From IMG/VR virus record IMGVR_UViG_3300034157_000066: DNA of 64,000 nt. One strand, 5' to 3'. The stretch is from a virus (Duplodnaviria > Heunggongvirae > Uroviricota > Caudoviricetes). Every line of letters begins with the position of its first letter. Position 1 is the stretch's first letter. Under the pieces are notes generated by a model. That model saw only the letters and a program-made list of their open reading frames with translations. It did no database searches and was not told where the DNA came from. Shown one piece after another: positions 39,119 to 48,757 of the stretch. A program made the position numbers and the translations under genes.

Positions 39119-39538
39119 ATGCCTTCTTATTCTTTTCGCAATCGCTATAACAAAGTTATTCGTGGCACTGTCAGTGTTCGTTCAGAAGACAACCTTTTCG
39201 ATAAAATTGATGAGCAAACCGATCCCTTTGCTTTTGAATACTGCAAGGTCACCAGTAATACCTTGTGGTTTGACGAAGACCCTACTTGGTTGATGTTTGA
39301 CAGTAAATCAAATCAACTCGTTGCGGCCACAGACGCGAATCAGGAAATCATTGAAAGCCTTCAAAACAAGCTGGCTGAGTCAAAGTTTGATGATTATACC
39401 TGTTTTGTGATGGCTCGCCGGGATCTGGCCGAAGGTGATCTTAATGGTGCTCTTGCTCGTATTAAAGTTGATCGGGATAAATTGATTTGCCTTGATAAAA
39501 AACTCTACGATTACGTTAACTTTCTACTCGAAAATTAA
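39119..39538 (+). CDS. hypothetical protein, tandem paralog of 39611
   Basis: Y.FRNR..K.I.G.V..DPFAFEYCK. Confidence 0.8.
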   Translation: MPSYSFRNRYNKVIRGTVSVRSEDNLFDKIDEQTDPFAFEYCKVTSNTLWFDEDPTWLMFDSKSNQLVAATDANQEIIESLQNKLAESKFDDYTCFVMARRDLAEGDLNGALARIKVDRDKLICLDKKLYDYVNFLLEN

Positions 39539-39610
39539 TTGAATAAATCTTGTTTTTAGTCAATTTATGTATTAAACTAGCTCATCAGAAGAAAACATAA
39601 TGGTGTATCA

Positions 39611-39841
39611 ATGGCTACTTACATTTTCCGCAATCGTCATGATAAAGCTATCTGTGGCAGTGTGGCAGCGAGTTCACCCACCATTCTTTTTAACCATATT
39701 GATGACAAAGCCGATCCATTTGCTTTTGAATACTGTAAATCAAGCAGTGACGCTCTTTGGTTGGATGAAGAACAGGAATGGTTTATTTTTAAACCGATGG
39801 AAAACTTCCACGTCATCCCGGCAATTATTCCCGCCGAATAA
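39611..39841 (+). CDS. hypothetical protein, shorter paralog of 39119
   Basis: DPFAFEYCK; lacks C-terminal extension. Confidence 0.75.
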   Translation: MATYIFRNRHDKAICGSVAASSPTILFNHIDDKADPFAFEYCKSSSDALWLDEEQEWFIFKPMENFHVIPAIIPAE

Positions 39842-39947
39842 AATACCATTCATGATCGAGCCTGATTAATTTCAGGCTTTTTTGTTTCTTTTATAGACCA
39901 TTTTACAGATTTATGATATTATTCCTTCATCTTAGTTGAGGTGCTTT

Positions 39948-40421
39948 ATGAATATTTATCAAGCCATCAAAAACTTTATTCTGGCTATGGTTGTTTGCCG
40001 TAAGTATGGTTTAACTTATAAACCCTTTTGCTTATTTGTAAACAGCGAATACAATGATGTCTTGAAACATATCAAGCTAAACCCATTTCATCCAGAATTT
40101 AACAGCATTCTTTTTCATGAAGTCGGTCATCATGTTCATCATAAATTAGTCAATTACAATACATTCTTTGCATTAAAAACAAATTCAGATGATGTTGTTA
40201 TTTATAATGAAGACTTAAATTATCATCAACTTATTGTGGCTGAGGCATTTGCTAGCCGATTTGCGATGAAAACAGGAAAAGCTAATCCGGCCTTTCTGGT
40301 GATGGCATTTAATTCTCACGCAAGAATTCCATTTCATCCAAAAAATGAACTTTCATCTAAATCTTATTTTACAAGTTATGTTGATTGTGTTGCGAAGCAT
40401 TATCTTCGCATCATTCGATAA
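39948..40421 (+). CDS. putative zincin-like (HExxH) protein
   Basis: LFHEVGHHVH and downstream E.FASRFA. Confidence 0.55.
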   Translation: MNIYQAIKNFILAMVVCRKYGLTYKPFCLFVNSEYNDVLKHIKLNPFHPEFNSILFHEVGHHVHHKLVNYNTFFALKTNSDDVVIYNEDLNYHQLIVAEAFASRFAMKTGKANPAFLVMAFNSHARIPFHPKNELSSKSYFTSYVDCVAKHYLRIIR

Positions 40422-40494
40422 TTAATTAAAAACCTTTATTTTATTGGTTAACTTTGGTATAATACGTTATCGAAACTAATTCAGGAAAACCATC

Positions 40495-40788
40495 ATGTCC
40501 AATTCTCAAACAATTCCGGCAGACATTGAAACAGGCTTGATTCAATATGCAAAAGGTCGGATGCTTGCTAAATCCATCAAGGGTGTTGACCTTAATAGTG
40601 ACGCGGTTGTGAAAATCGTTAATCCAAACTCAAAACCTGATGATATTCGTTATGAAGTATCATGGTTTACTGCTAACAATGAACGTTTTTCGGTTGATTG
40701 CATCATAAAACACCCGCATTGCATGTCGTTCATGGACATGGGGATCTATGTCTCTGGGGGTAGTTATGGCCTTAAGAAAATCGCTTAA
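40495..40788 (+). CDS. hypothetical protein
   Basis: AGGA SD. Confidence 0.7.
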   Translation: MSNSQTIPADIETGLIQYAKGRMLAKSIKGVDLNSDAVVKIVNPNSKPDDIRYEVSWFTANNERFSVDCIIKHPHCMSFMDMGIYVSGGSYGLKKIA

Positions 40789-40919
40789 TTGACAAATTGT
40801 GCTATAAAAAAAGGATAATTTATCAGCAGATAAACAAACCAAAAAAAGAACAATCTAAGAAATCATAATTGTATTTTTTTATTTTATGTTATAATAAAGT
40901 AAATAACATATAAAAAATA

Positions 40920-42527
40920 ATGATAGTCTTCAAAAATAAAAAACAAAAAGGTTTTACCCTTTTTGAAATGCTACTTTCTCTATTTATAATAATGTCTCTT
41001 CTCACAGGGTTTTTTTATTGGTACATCCAACTGCAACGAGATCAAAAAGCGACTATATTCGGAAAAGATATAGTATCCATAATTATAGCTTTTGACAAAC
41101 GTATCCACGTTGACGGCTGGGATATTGACAACTTTAAAAATGGTACTGAATGGAGTGGTTCAGCCGCTATTATTGAGATGATCAATACTGAATTCATAGC
41201 AAAAAATGCCAGTTGTGCAACAGCAAAAAGCTGGGCTCCAGTTCTCGAAAAAGAGAATTCAACAAAACTAATCCCTTGTGATTTTTGGTCCATAATCCCT
41301 TATGATTTTATTGTAAGAGCAAAAATAACGTCAGATGCAGAAGGTTTTATACAAAACTTTAAAGTTATTTTCCAGCCTAAAAGTGACATCATTTTTTTAG
41401 AAAACTTTCGATACTTCAATAAAGCAAAGATGGCAGCCAATGCTAACAACTCATTAAATATAACGGGTGGTCATCAATTCTATTTTGCTGCACTCTCCGA
41501 TCCAGCTACAAAAATAACCAATGTTGCATGTCTTGCTTTAAAAGCAAACTGTACCTTAGTCGCCAGCTACGACCGTGAGGGTGGAAATGAGTATTTAAGA
41601 GTTGATGGAACAAACTCAATGTTAGGCTCAGCGGTGACCTTTAAAGAATCAAAAGGTCATGATCGACTAAGTTGCATCAAATGGGAAAAAAATGCAGTCA
41701 GTAGCATTTGGGAATCGAAGACTGTAGATTGCGGTATCGGCATACACAATAAAACTAGCAACCCAGTAGCGGTAGATATAGCCGCCAGCTCAACTACAAG
41801 CAAGCGAGTAATGCTCGACAGGCTATGCCCTGTATTCACCCACTCAGCAGACACTATTATCGAGACAGGTCAAACAGCACCTTGTGGACTACTTCCGCAA
41901 GATGATGGTGGAACAGAGGTTGCCTATCAGGTTATAGATACGTTATCCGCAGGAAAAGGATTAATTAAGACGCTCTATACGGACACTATATTTTCTGACG
42001 AAATAAACACTAATTACATGAACGTCAAAAAAGACTTGGCTGTTCTAGGTGATTCTAAAATGGACGGAACCTTAACTGTCAAAGGTGCAGGACAATTCGA
42101 TTCAAACGTAAATGTCAAAGGTGCAGGGCAATTCGATTCAAACGTAACTGTCAAAGGTAGAGGGCAATTCGACAATAATATCAATTTAACCAAAGTCGAA
42201 GTAGAAGGCAATTCTTGCTCCCCTAATGGTTTAGTATCAAGAGATGCAAAAGGAGCTGTATTATCTTGCCAAGCTGGTTTATGGGCTAAGCAATTTGACG
42301 GGTTCGACTTTGTTGAATACTATGTAACCTCAAACAATCCCGCTGCAGGCGTTTCAAATTTGGGTAAACACAAATTTTGCTCAATTTCTGGTATTGGTGG
42401 TGAGCGTCCACATGGTTATGTTTACCGAACTACCTATACCCCAGATGCTGCTGGTAAGTATTCCTTTCAAGCATCATGGTATGGTTATGAGTTGACAATG
42501 GATCTTCGTGTAACTTGCATAGACTAA
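40920..42527 (+). CDS. PilV-like type IV pilus tip adhesin 1
   Basis: KKQKG|FTLFE class III signal; G.SC..NGL.SRD..G.VLSCQ.G.W shufflon-type constant end; 80-aa tip with LGKHKFC. Confidence 0.8.
   Translation: MIVFKNKKQKGFTLFEMLLSLFIIMSLLTGFFYWYIQLQRDQKATIFGKDIVSIIIAFDKRIHVDGWDIDNFKNGTEWSGSAAIIEMINTEFIAKNASCATAKSWAPVLEKENSTKLIPCDFWSIIPYDFIVRAKITSDAEGFIQNFKVIFQPKSDIIFLENFRYFNKAKMAANANNSLNITGGHQFYFAALSDPATKITNVACLALKANCTLVASYDREGGNEYLRVDGTNSMLGSAVTFKESKGHDRLSCIKWEKNAVSSIWESKTVDCGIGIHNKTSNPVAVDIAASSTTSKRVMLDRLCPVFTHSADTIIETGQTAPCGLLPQDDGGTEVAYQVIDTLSAGKGLIKTLYTDTIFSDEINTNYMNVKKDLAVLGDSKMDGTLTVKGAGQFDSNVNVKGAGQFDSNVTVKGRGQFDNNINLTKVEVEGNSCSPNGLVSRDAKGAVLSCQAGLWAKQFDGFDFVEYYVTSNNPAAGVSNLGKHKFCSISGIGGERPHGYVYRTTYTPDAAGKYSFQASWYGYELTMDLRVTCID
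42075..42173 (+). repeat. 36-bp in-frame tandem repeat, about 2.7 units
   Basis: (T/N)VKG(A/R)GQFD(S/N)NV units. Confidence 0.9.
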
Positions 42528-42629
42528 TATTAATCATTTTGAACAGAAATCGCAGCCTAGGCTGCTTTTTTGTTTTTTGTAAATGTTTTGACATTAAAAC
42601 TCATTTTTGGTATAATTATTTCATCAAAA

Positions 42630-42651
42630 CGAGATAATATAGGAACTCTCG
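42630..42651 (+). promoter_or_regulatory. leader hairpin CGAGA-N12-TCTCG with SD in loop (also 43084..43105, 45081..45102)
   Basis: three near-identical leaders ending TCTCGACATGGCTAAG. Confidence 0.65.
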
Positions 42652-42653
42652 AC

Positions 42654-42977
42654 ATGGCTAAGAAAGCAAAATTCACTTTCAAACTCCATCCAAAAGCAAA
42701 AGGTTTGGCTGTTGTTGGAAATTCCCGTCAGGACTGTGATGTTAAATTTAACACCCTTCGCATTGGTGTTATTCACGCTCCTAACTGGTCATCGCAAAGC
42801 AAAGAGTACTCAGTATCTTTCGCTGTCAAACACACCGATGAAGAGAATCCTAATCGTAAATGGAAATGGGTTCGCCTTTCCAAGACCACCCCGACTCTTG
42901 ATGAAATGAAGGAATGGTTGAATAAAGTCGCTGATCAGGTTGTTGAAAAATACGAATTGCACTCGTTTACCGACTAA
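42654..42977 (+). CDS. hypothetical protein, tandem paralog of 43108
   Basis: MAKKA.FTFKLHPK..W.WVRL..T..LD.MK.WL. Confidence 0.8.
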   Translation: MAKKAKFTFKLHPKAKGLAVVGNSRQDCDVKFNTLRIGVIHAPNWSSQSKEYSVSFAVKHTDEENPNRKWKWVRLSKTTPTLDEMKEWLNKVADQVVEKYELHSFTD

Positions 42978-43107
42978 TCAATAAACTCACTTATATAAAG
43001 CCCCGACCTTGGGGCTTTTTGTTGTTTTGTTTATAAAGCCGTTGACTAAAAAACTCATTTTTGATATACTTATCCCATCAAAACGAGACAACATAGGAAA
43101 TCTCGAC

Positions 43108-43431
43108 ATGGCTAAGAAAGCAAACTTTACCTTCAAACTGCACCCAAAAGAAACCGGGTTGGGGGCTGTTGGTCATCCATTTCAAAGCTGTGACATCAAG
43201 CTGAATAAACAAACAGTTGGTACCATCCATGCTCCTACTTGGATGACAAAAGGGAATGAGTTTTCGGTTTCATTTACTGTTAAGCACAAAGACCCAGCTA
43301 TCACCTACTGTGACTGGAAATGGGTTCGCCTGAAACATACGACTGCATCGCTTGATGATATGAAAGCATGGTTGAAAGCTAACATCGACACAATTACTAC
43401 CAAGTTAGAGCTTCATGCTCAGGAAGACTAA
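43108..43431 (+). CDS. hypothetical protein, tandem paralog of 42654
   Basis: see 42654. Confidence 0.8.
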   Translation: MAKKANFTFKLHPKETGLGAVGHPFQSCDIKLNKQTVGTIHAPTWMTKGNEFSVSFTVKHKDPAITYCDWKWVRLKHTTASLDDMKAWLKANIDTITTKLELHAQED

Positions 43432-43475
43432 AACCACATGTAAAGAAAGAGCAGCCTAGGCTGCTTTTTTTGTTA

Positions 43476-43838
43476 TTAGTTTACGGCTACACGACAGACT
43501 TTATATTGTTTGTAAATTGGGTCAACTGTAACGACATCGCCTTTTGTATAACGATAACCACCGTCTGTGTATTCATCCATTGTGTAGTTTCCGCCCGTAG
43601 TAATGATTTCATTGTGCCATTGAATAGTGTGGGTTTGATAAGATATGGAACCAGAAGTCCACAATGATCTTAAAGTATCATCATCACAGATTGGGTTTGA
43701 TGGCTCAACTGGTGGAGTTCCACCACCTTCTTTGAATACTATAGAATTCTTTTCTAGATTACTGTAAATCACTGTGTAATCGGCCTGTGAGACTCCTATG
43801 AAACAAAGAGCTGCAAGGCATAATATATATTTTTTCAT
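43476..43838 (-). CDS. secreted protein, short paralog of the 9282-11279 family
   Basis: DYTVIY N-motif, EYT..GY.YTKG..VCRV C-domain, no central module; TTGACT-17-TACAAT promoter. Confidence 0.8.
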   Translation of the reverse strand: MKKYILCLAALCFIGVSQADYTVIYSNLEKNSIVFKEGGGTPPVEPSNPICDDDTLRSLWTSGSISYQTHTIQWHNEIITTGGNYTMDEYTDGGYRYTKGDVVTVDPIYKQYKVCRVAVN

Positions 43839-44004
43839 ATTGTTATTTTTATAATTGTGTGTATTCATTGTAGCACAATAATATAAAAGTCAAAAAAAAA
43901 TTCAATTTATTAATACTTGATTGATACTTTTAAAATGAATATTCGTTGACATAAAAACTCATTTTTGATATAATTACACCATCAAATCAAATGAGACTCA
44001 GACC

Positions 44005-44640
44005 ATGAATTCTGTTATTGACATCATTGCCACCTACGAAACTTCTGTTAACCAACTGCGTGAACAGCAACAAGCTGCTTTGCCAACATTGATGTTGTTT
44101 GGTGATGATTCTCAGTTCATGGACACCGCTTACATCATCGAGGCTATCAATGAACTCAAAGATAAATTACCAGAAGATTTCAGTGTCATTGCCGCTCGGG
44201 TTGTGGCTGACCTTGCTCAACTTCATGAAATGATTGCTGACAGCAACTCGCTTATCAAAGAAAACAACGACATTCTTGATGAACAAGTGGGTGACCTTCG
44301 TGAAGCGTTGGAAACTCAGTTGGCGGATGTTCCAGAAACACGTTTTACCCGTGCTATTCTCATTGGCACTGGTCATATGAGCTATGATGAGGTTCAAATC
44401 CTCAACAAAGTTTATGATAAGTTGAACGTTACCCATGTCAACCATGAACACCACAAAGACTCTGTTTACTGCACTGATGAAGAATGCTCTACACTTCGTG
44501 AAGCCATCATCACAGAATTTTCGATTATTCTCGCTGAGCAACAGCTCGCTAGCACTCTGAAATTCAGTAATTATGTGCATAGTGAGGCTATCATGGGTTA
44601 TACCAGTGAGCTGGTGAAGGTTATCAAATCTAAACGCTGA
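44005..44640 (+). CDS. hypothetical helical protein
   Basis: promoter, terminator. Confidence 0.75.
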   Translation: MNSVIDIIATYETSVNQLREQQQAALPTLMLFGDDSQFMDTAYIIEAINELKDKLPEDFSVIAARVVADLAQLHEMIADSNSLIKENNDILDEQVGDLREALETQLADVPETRFTRAILIGTGHMSYDEVQILNKVYDKLNVTHVNHEHHKDSVYCTDEECSTLREAIITEFSIILAEQQLASTLKFSNYVHSEAIMGYTSELVKVIKSKR

Positions 44641-44732
44641 CTGGTGGTGTTTAAAAGGGGCTTCGGCTCCTTTTTTATTGATTTATTCCATTTAAGTGAT
44701 ATAATAGTGGTATAAATTTCGAGGTGAACAAT

Positions 44733-45017
44733 ATGAAACGTTCTAAACTTAAAGATACTTTTTTCTTGATGAAAGAAGAAAAATCACCTTGTCCTAAATG
44801 CCATAAAAAAGCAATGCAATTCAACCCTAATGGTTCTTCTGGTTTTGATTTGGCTTGTATTTTCACTTGCACTAAGTGTGGTGAAGAAAAACAAGAAATG
44901 GACTGCTGCACCTTTTATGCCGAAACAATCCGAAATAGACGCAAACTGTTAGTAAAATATGGAATTTTCCAACTTATAAATCGTCGAAATCCTGACCTGT
45001 ATCTTCTTCGACTTTAA
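44733..45017 (+). CDS. zinc-ribbon-like protein
   Basis: CPKC..CTKC. Confidence 0.7.
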   Translation: MKRSKLKDTFFLMKEEKSPCPKCHKKAMQFNPNGSSGFDLACIFTCTKCGEEKQEMDCCTFYAETIRNRRKLLVKYGIFQLINRRNPDLYLLRL

Positions 45018-45104
45018 TAAATATCAGGTAGAAAAAACTTGTTTTTGTTTTCTTAACGCGATATAATAGACACATCAAAACGAGACAACACAGGAAATCT
45101 CGAC

Positions 45105-45368
45105 ATGGCTAAGCTCAACATCACCGCACTTGAACAAGCAGTTATGGCTAACATCAAGGCTTTCGGCGTCGGTCAAACCATTCCTCAAAATGTCTTGGCA
45201 CAAGGCCAATCAACCATCAAGCCTACTCAGGTTGGTGCAGTGGTCAATAACATGGTCAGCAAAGGTCTGTTGACTCGTCAGAAAGACCTGTTCGGCACTA
45301 ACGTTAGCCTGACCCGTTCCGGTAAAATCCAAACAACCAAACTGTTCAAACAAGCCATTGCCGCTTAA
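45105..45368 (+). CDS. winged-helix DNA-binding protein
   Basis: related to N-terminus of 7303; QVGAVVNNMVSKGLLTR..VSLTRSG. Confidence 0.65.
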   Translation: MAKLNITALEQAVMANIKAFGVGQTIPQNVLAQGQSTIKPTQVGAVVNNMVSKGLLTRQKDLFGTNVSLTRSGKIQTTKLFKQAIAA

Positions 45369-45481
45369 TTGACCAGTGAATAAAGACCCGCTTCGGCGGG
45401 TTTTTTGCTTTTATTGATCGACAAAAATCTAGTTTAATGGTAAAATACATTCATTAAATCACCACCGTCAGGTATCTCGAC

Positions 45482-45943
45482 ATGGCTAAGCCAATCTCAT
45501 CAGTTGATCTTGAGTTTCTTGTTGAAGACTCAAAAATCCAGAAAGCTCTGGTTCCTGCTAGTTTGGTCAAATTGAACCCTATGGAAGCTGATGTGTTTGC
45601 TGGCTGGCTTGATGAACTGGTGGGTTATATTCAAATCCCTGATGAATCTCATGGCCGTCTGTTCAAACACTGTGAACTCTCATCTATCGGCTTTGTTGCC
45701 AAAGATGGTTTGAGCTATGTGCCCGTGTGTGTTTTTACCTCTGACACGCCAGTCTTTGATTCGGAAATTTTCAGCGGCAAATCGTTTGATGGATTGCCTT
45801 GGGTGGTTCTCTATCATGGTCGAGATAACTGCAGCTATGGCCGTCGCTTTGCTTCCGAGTTTGACGCCAATCGTTTTTTGAAGAACGGGTTCGTTAATGG
45901 TTTCTTCAATGTTCATGGAAAACTTGAATTCTATAATTCTTGA
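45482..45943 (+). CDS. hypothetical protein
   Basis: HGRDNCSYGRRF; shares TCTCGACATGGCTAAG start. Confidence 0.75.
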   Translation: MAKPISSVDLEFLVEDSKIQKALVPASLVKLNPMEADVFAGWLDELVGYIQIPDESHGRLFKHCELSSIGFVAKDGLSYVPVCVFTSDTPVFDSEIFSGKSFDGLPWVVLYHGRDNCSYGRRFASEFDANRFLKNGFVNGFFNVHGKLEFYNS

Positions 45944-46018
45944 TTTCACCATAAAAAAATAGACACCACTTTTGGGTTGTGATATCATAGCCCTATCAAA
46001 TTAAAGGATAATTATCAC

Positions 46019-46513
46019 ATGCTTGCTATTCGTCAACCAGTGTATTCTAAGCGTTACACCATTTTCAATAAACATGTTGGTGGTCGTAACCGTCTACCAC
46101 AAGGCTTTCACGCCCTGAACCGTCTGTGGGCAACCAAAGACCATATGTCGGTACCGGCTCAGATGCTGCTGACTCAATGGGGGACTGAATCTGAAGTCGA
46201 AATCGTGCTTGAAGGTGGCACAGACACTGAGCTTGAAGCTCTCTATCTGGCATTGAGTAACATCACTGATATTCCATCAGCCAAGTTCAATGAGCCTGAC
46301 ATGCGTAATTCCTGCATGGTTGTGACCTTCGTTGCAACTGACCGCATTGTGGCTGGTGGTTCGGAACTTCGTGGTCGCCGTATTCCGCCATACGAGGCAG
46401 AAGCTTTTCTGCAGGCTAACACAGTTGGTATGACGGATGGTTCCCGCGTTCAGTTGTCCGATGATGAAATCTTCGTGGTGGTAAACAGTGCGTTCCTTCG
46501 TTTGGCCGATTAA
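46019..46513 (+). CDS. peptidyl-tRNA hydrolase type 2 (PTH2)-like protein
   Basis: Q.FHA, IVLEGG...L..L, F.EPD..N pattern. Confidence 0.55.
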   Translation: MLAIRQPVYSKRYTIFNKHVGGRNRLPQGFHALNRLWATKDHMSVPAQMLLTQWGTESEVEIVLEGGTDTELEALYLALSNITDIPSAKFNEPDMRNSCMVVTFVATDRIVAGGSELRGRRIPPYEAEAFLQANTVGMTDGSRVQLSDDEIFVVVNSAFLRLAD

Positions 46514-46535
46514 CTCACTCAAAAAAGCTTGTTTT

Positions 46536-46563
46536 AAGCCCGTTATAGCGATATAATGGGCTT
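46536..46563 (+). promoter_or_regulatory. hairpin-embedded promoter
   Basis: AAGCCCGTTATA-GCGA-TATAATGGGCTT; TTGTTT-17-TATAAT. Confidence 0.8.
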
Positions 46564-46590
46564 TCACACATTCAGGCAAAAGGAATTTTT

Positions 46591-46875
46591 ATGTATATCT
46601 TAATTCGTGATGATGCGACAAAAGTTTTGGGCTTTACAGTGTGGTCTGGTTTCTCAGAAAATTCTGGTATTGTTGAGAGCTTCAATGATGTGGCTGTCGT
46701 CAGCTTTGAGAAAAATCAAAAATCGGTATCCATTCGGATGTTCAGCACCCCTGAATATGCCAGCACCGAAGCAGTTCGTATTTCTAAAATTATCAAAGAA
46801 ACGCATGGTAAAGATATTAAACTTGATATTATGCCATTGCAGGTCTACATTCGCCAGATTGAAAACTGGCAATAA
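46591..46875 (+). CDS. hypothetical protein, paralog of 4513
   Basis: see 4513. Confidence 0.75.
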   Translation: MYILIRDDATKVLGFTVWSGFSENSGIVESFNDVAVVSFEKNQKSVSIRMFSTPEYASTEAVRISKIIKETHGKDIKLDIMPLQVYIRQIENWQ

Positions 46876-46897
46876 TCAGTTTTAAAAGCTTGTTTTT

Positions 46898-46923
46898 GGT
46901 CTGTTATAGCGGTATAATAGACC
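46898..46923 (+). promoter_or_regulatory. hairpin-embedded promoter
   Basis: GGTCTGTTATA-GCGG-TATAATAGACC; TTGTTT-17-TATAAT. Confidence 0.8.
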
Positions 46924-46952
46924 CATCAACCAAACACGCCAAGGATTACAAA

Positions 46953-47204
46953 ATGCACACTCAAAACACCCTGCACTTGACCGACAAACAATACAAGCTC
47001 GCTGTTGTTTTGCTGACCACCGCCGAACCTGCTATCAGCAATGCCACTTTGGTGGATGTTATGGTTAGTGAAGGCATCCGTCAATACCCGGCTGAACAGA
47101 TGGTTGAGCAGCGTGCCCGCTTCTACTCCGAAACTCAGATGATTGACGAAGACCATCCGCTTCACGACATGGTTTCGACATTGGTTGATCAAAAAGCCGC
47201 TTAA
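46953..47204 (+). CDS. hypothetical protein
   Basis: AAGGA SD. Confidence 0.7.
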   Translation: MHTQNTLHLTDKQYKLAVVLLTTAEPAISNATLVDVMVSEGIRQYPAEQMVEQRARFYSETQMIDEDHPLHDMVSTLVDQKAA

Positions 47205-47242
47205 TTGCGGCATCACCCTTTTTCATTTGTTGGAGTGTTAAC

Positions 47243-47566
47243 ATGTGGCTTGATAAAGAACTAACCACGAAACAATTACTCACCATTGCCATTGGTTTCA
47301 TGGCGTTTACGCAAATATCCGGCTGTGATAATTCGGTTAAATCGGCTGATGGATCTACTTATCACATTGTTACCGGGGATAGCGGCCAAGGTTATCTGTT
47401 TAGCGAAAGGACTCTCCCAACTCGCTGCCTGAATGGCGTTTGGTATTACTCGGCTGAGTATGTTCACAATACTTACTTCGCTCCTGTTTTTACTAAAAAA
47501 GGCACTGTGGCGTTGTGTGATGGAACTCAAAACCAATATATTCCAGAGCCAGAAATCTCAATTTAA
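47243..47566 (+). CDS. putative lipoprotein
   Basis: ISG-C lipobox; C.NGV.YY..P..K.G...C. Confidence 0.65.
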   Translation: MWLDKELTTKQLLTIAIGFMAFTQISGCDNSVKSADGSTYHIVTGDSGQGYLFSERTLPTRCLNGVWYYSAEYVHNTYFAPVFTKKGTVALCDGTQNQYIPEPEISI

Positions 47567-47591
47567 ACCATTTCATGTAGGAGTTGCCGAT

Positions 47592-47816
47592 ATGAGAACT
47601 TTATCCGCTAACAACGTTTTGAATGGAACTAAGTTTAAGTTTCATGAAAAAATTGAAGTCACACCAACCAAACATTTTACCGTTGTTGATGCTGCCATCG
47701 CTATAAACCCCGTCAGTGGCGATGTCAACGTTACTCTCACTATTGATTATGTTAATGGCAACCACTCTGGTATTGATGTGATTAATGCTTCTCAGTTGAA
47801 AGAATTCTTGAAATAA
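47592..47816 (+). CDS. hypothetical protein
   Basis: AGGAG SD. Confidence 0.65.
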   Translation: MRTLSANNVLNGTKFKFHEKIEVTPTKHFTVVDAAIAINPVSGDVNVTLTIDYVNGNHSGIDVINASQLKEFLK

Positions 47817-47912
47817 ATCAACTGCCTTTCAATAACCCAGCCTAGTGTTGGGTTTTTTGTTGTATTTATTTTATTTATCTAGTATAATCACCTCATCAAA
47901 AGGAACCATACT

Positions 47913-48272
47913 ATGAACAGACAATCAGTTAAGAACTTTTTATCGAATATTTTCGTAGCCAAGCATAAAGAGTTGAAGGAATCTAAACATTTCGCTGACT
48001 GCTCTATTCATCGTGGACTTAGTGATGTTACCCAATCACTGCAAAGCTCCCGCAGTATTGTAGCTAGTCTTACTGATTCTATTGGTGTCCTTATTCGATC
48101 ACCCATGATTATCAGAAAGTTGGATAAAATACAACAGCGGATTGATGAAATTGCGGCGTTTACAAAAACTCAAGACTTTGCTACAATGGTTCTTGAGCGT
48201 CCAGCCGATGTTCAAAAACTTCGTGATGAACTTGATGCGTTAGTTGCAGAAGCTAACAGCAAACGTCTATAA
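47913..48272 (+). CDS. hypothetical helical protein
   Basis: AAGGA SD. Confidence 0.7.
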   Translation: MNRQSVKNFLSNIFVAKHKELKESKHFADCSIHRGLSDVTQSLQSSRSIVASLTDSIGVLIRSPMIIRKLDKIQQRIDEIAAFTKTQDFATMVLERPADVQKLRDELDALVAEANSKRL

Positions 48273-48290
48273 TATTCGAGGATTTTTCTG

Positions 48291-48638
48291 ATGAGTTTTC
48301 TTGCCTTTGGTGGTTTCGTTGCTCGTTTGCTGGGTGCTAATAATCCAGAACCCGCACAGGGTTATTTGCCGAAAGGCCGTAACTATGCCCCTATCCGCAC
48401 TCAGGTTAAATTGTCGAACACTGTTGAACGAATCAACAAAAAGATCGACCTTATCAAAATTCATGAAAAACGTCTCTACAAGCTTGAAAAAATTGTCAGC
48501 CGAATTGAGCGAATTGAACGCTTCATGAATACCTATGAGTTCAATAAACTGAAAACCAATTATCCAGAAATCGAAAAAGAGTTGTTGGATGAAATTGACG
48601 ACCTTCGTTATAAAGCTAAATATTTGCTTAACGAATGA
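48291..48638 (+). CDS. coiled-coil hypothetical protein
   Basis: GAGGA SD. Confidence 0.7.
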   Translation: MSFLAFGGFVARLLGANNPEPAQGYLPKGRNYAPIRTQVKLSNTVERINKKIDLIKIHEKRLYKLEKIVSRIERIERFMNTYEFNKLKTNYPEIEKELLDEIDDLRYKAKYLLNE

Positions 48639-48757
48639 TATTCACAACCTTCTAAATAGCACAACCCAGTGTTGGGTTTTTTATGAGTATCAAAAAATAG
48701 ATTGTTTCATTCTCTTGTGTATGTTATTATCCACGAATTAGAAAAGAGGATTTAAAG

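Noticed and set aside
42266-42284. sfx-like sequence TTGCCAAGCTGGTTTATGG suggesting an active shufflon
   Set aside because: Similarity is explained by CQ.G.W codons; no second copy, inverted tip segments or Rci recombinase in the window
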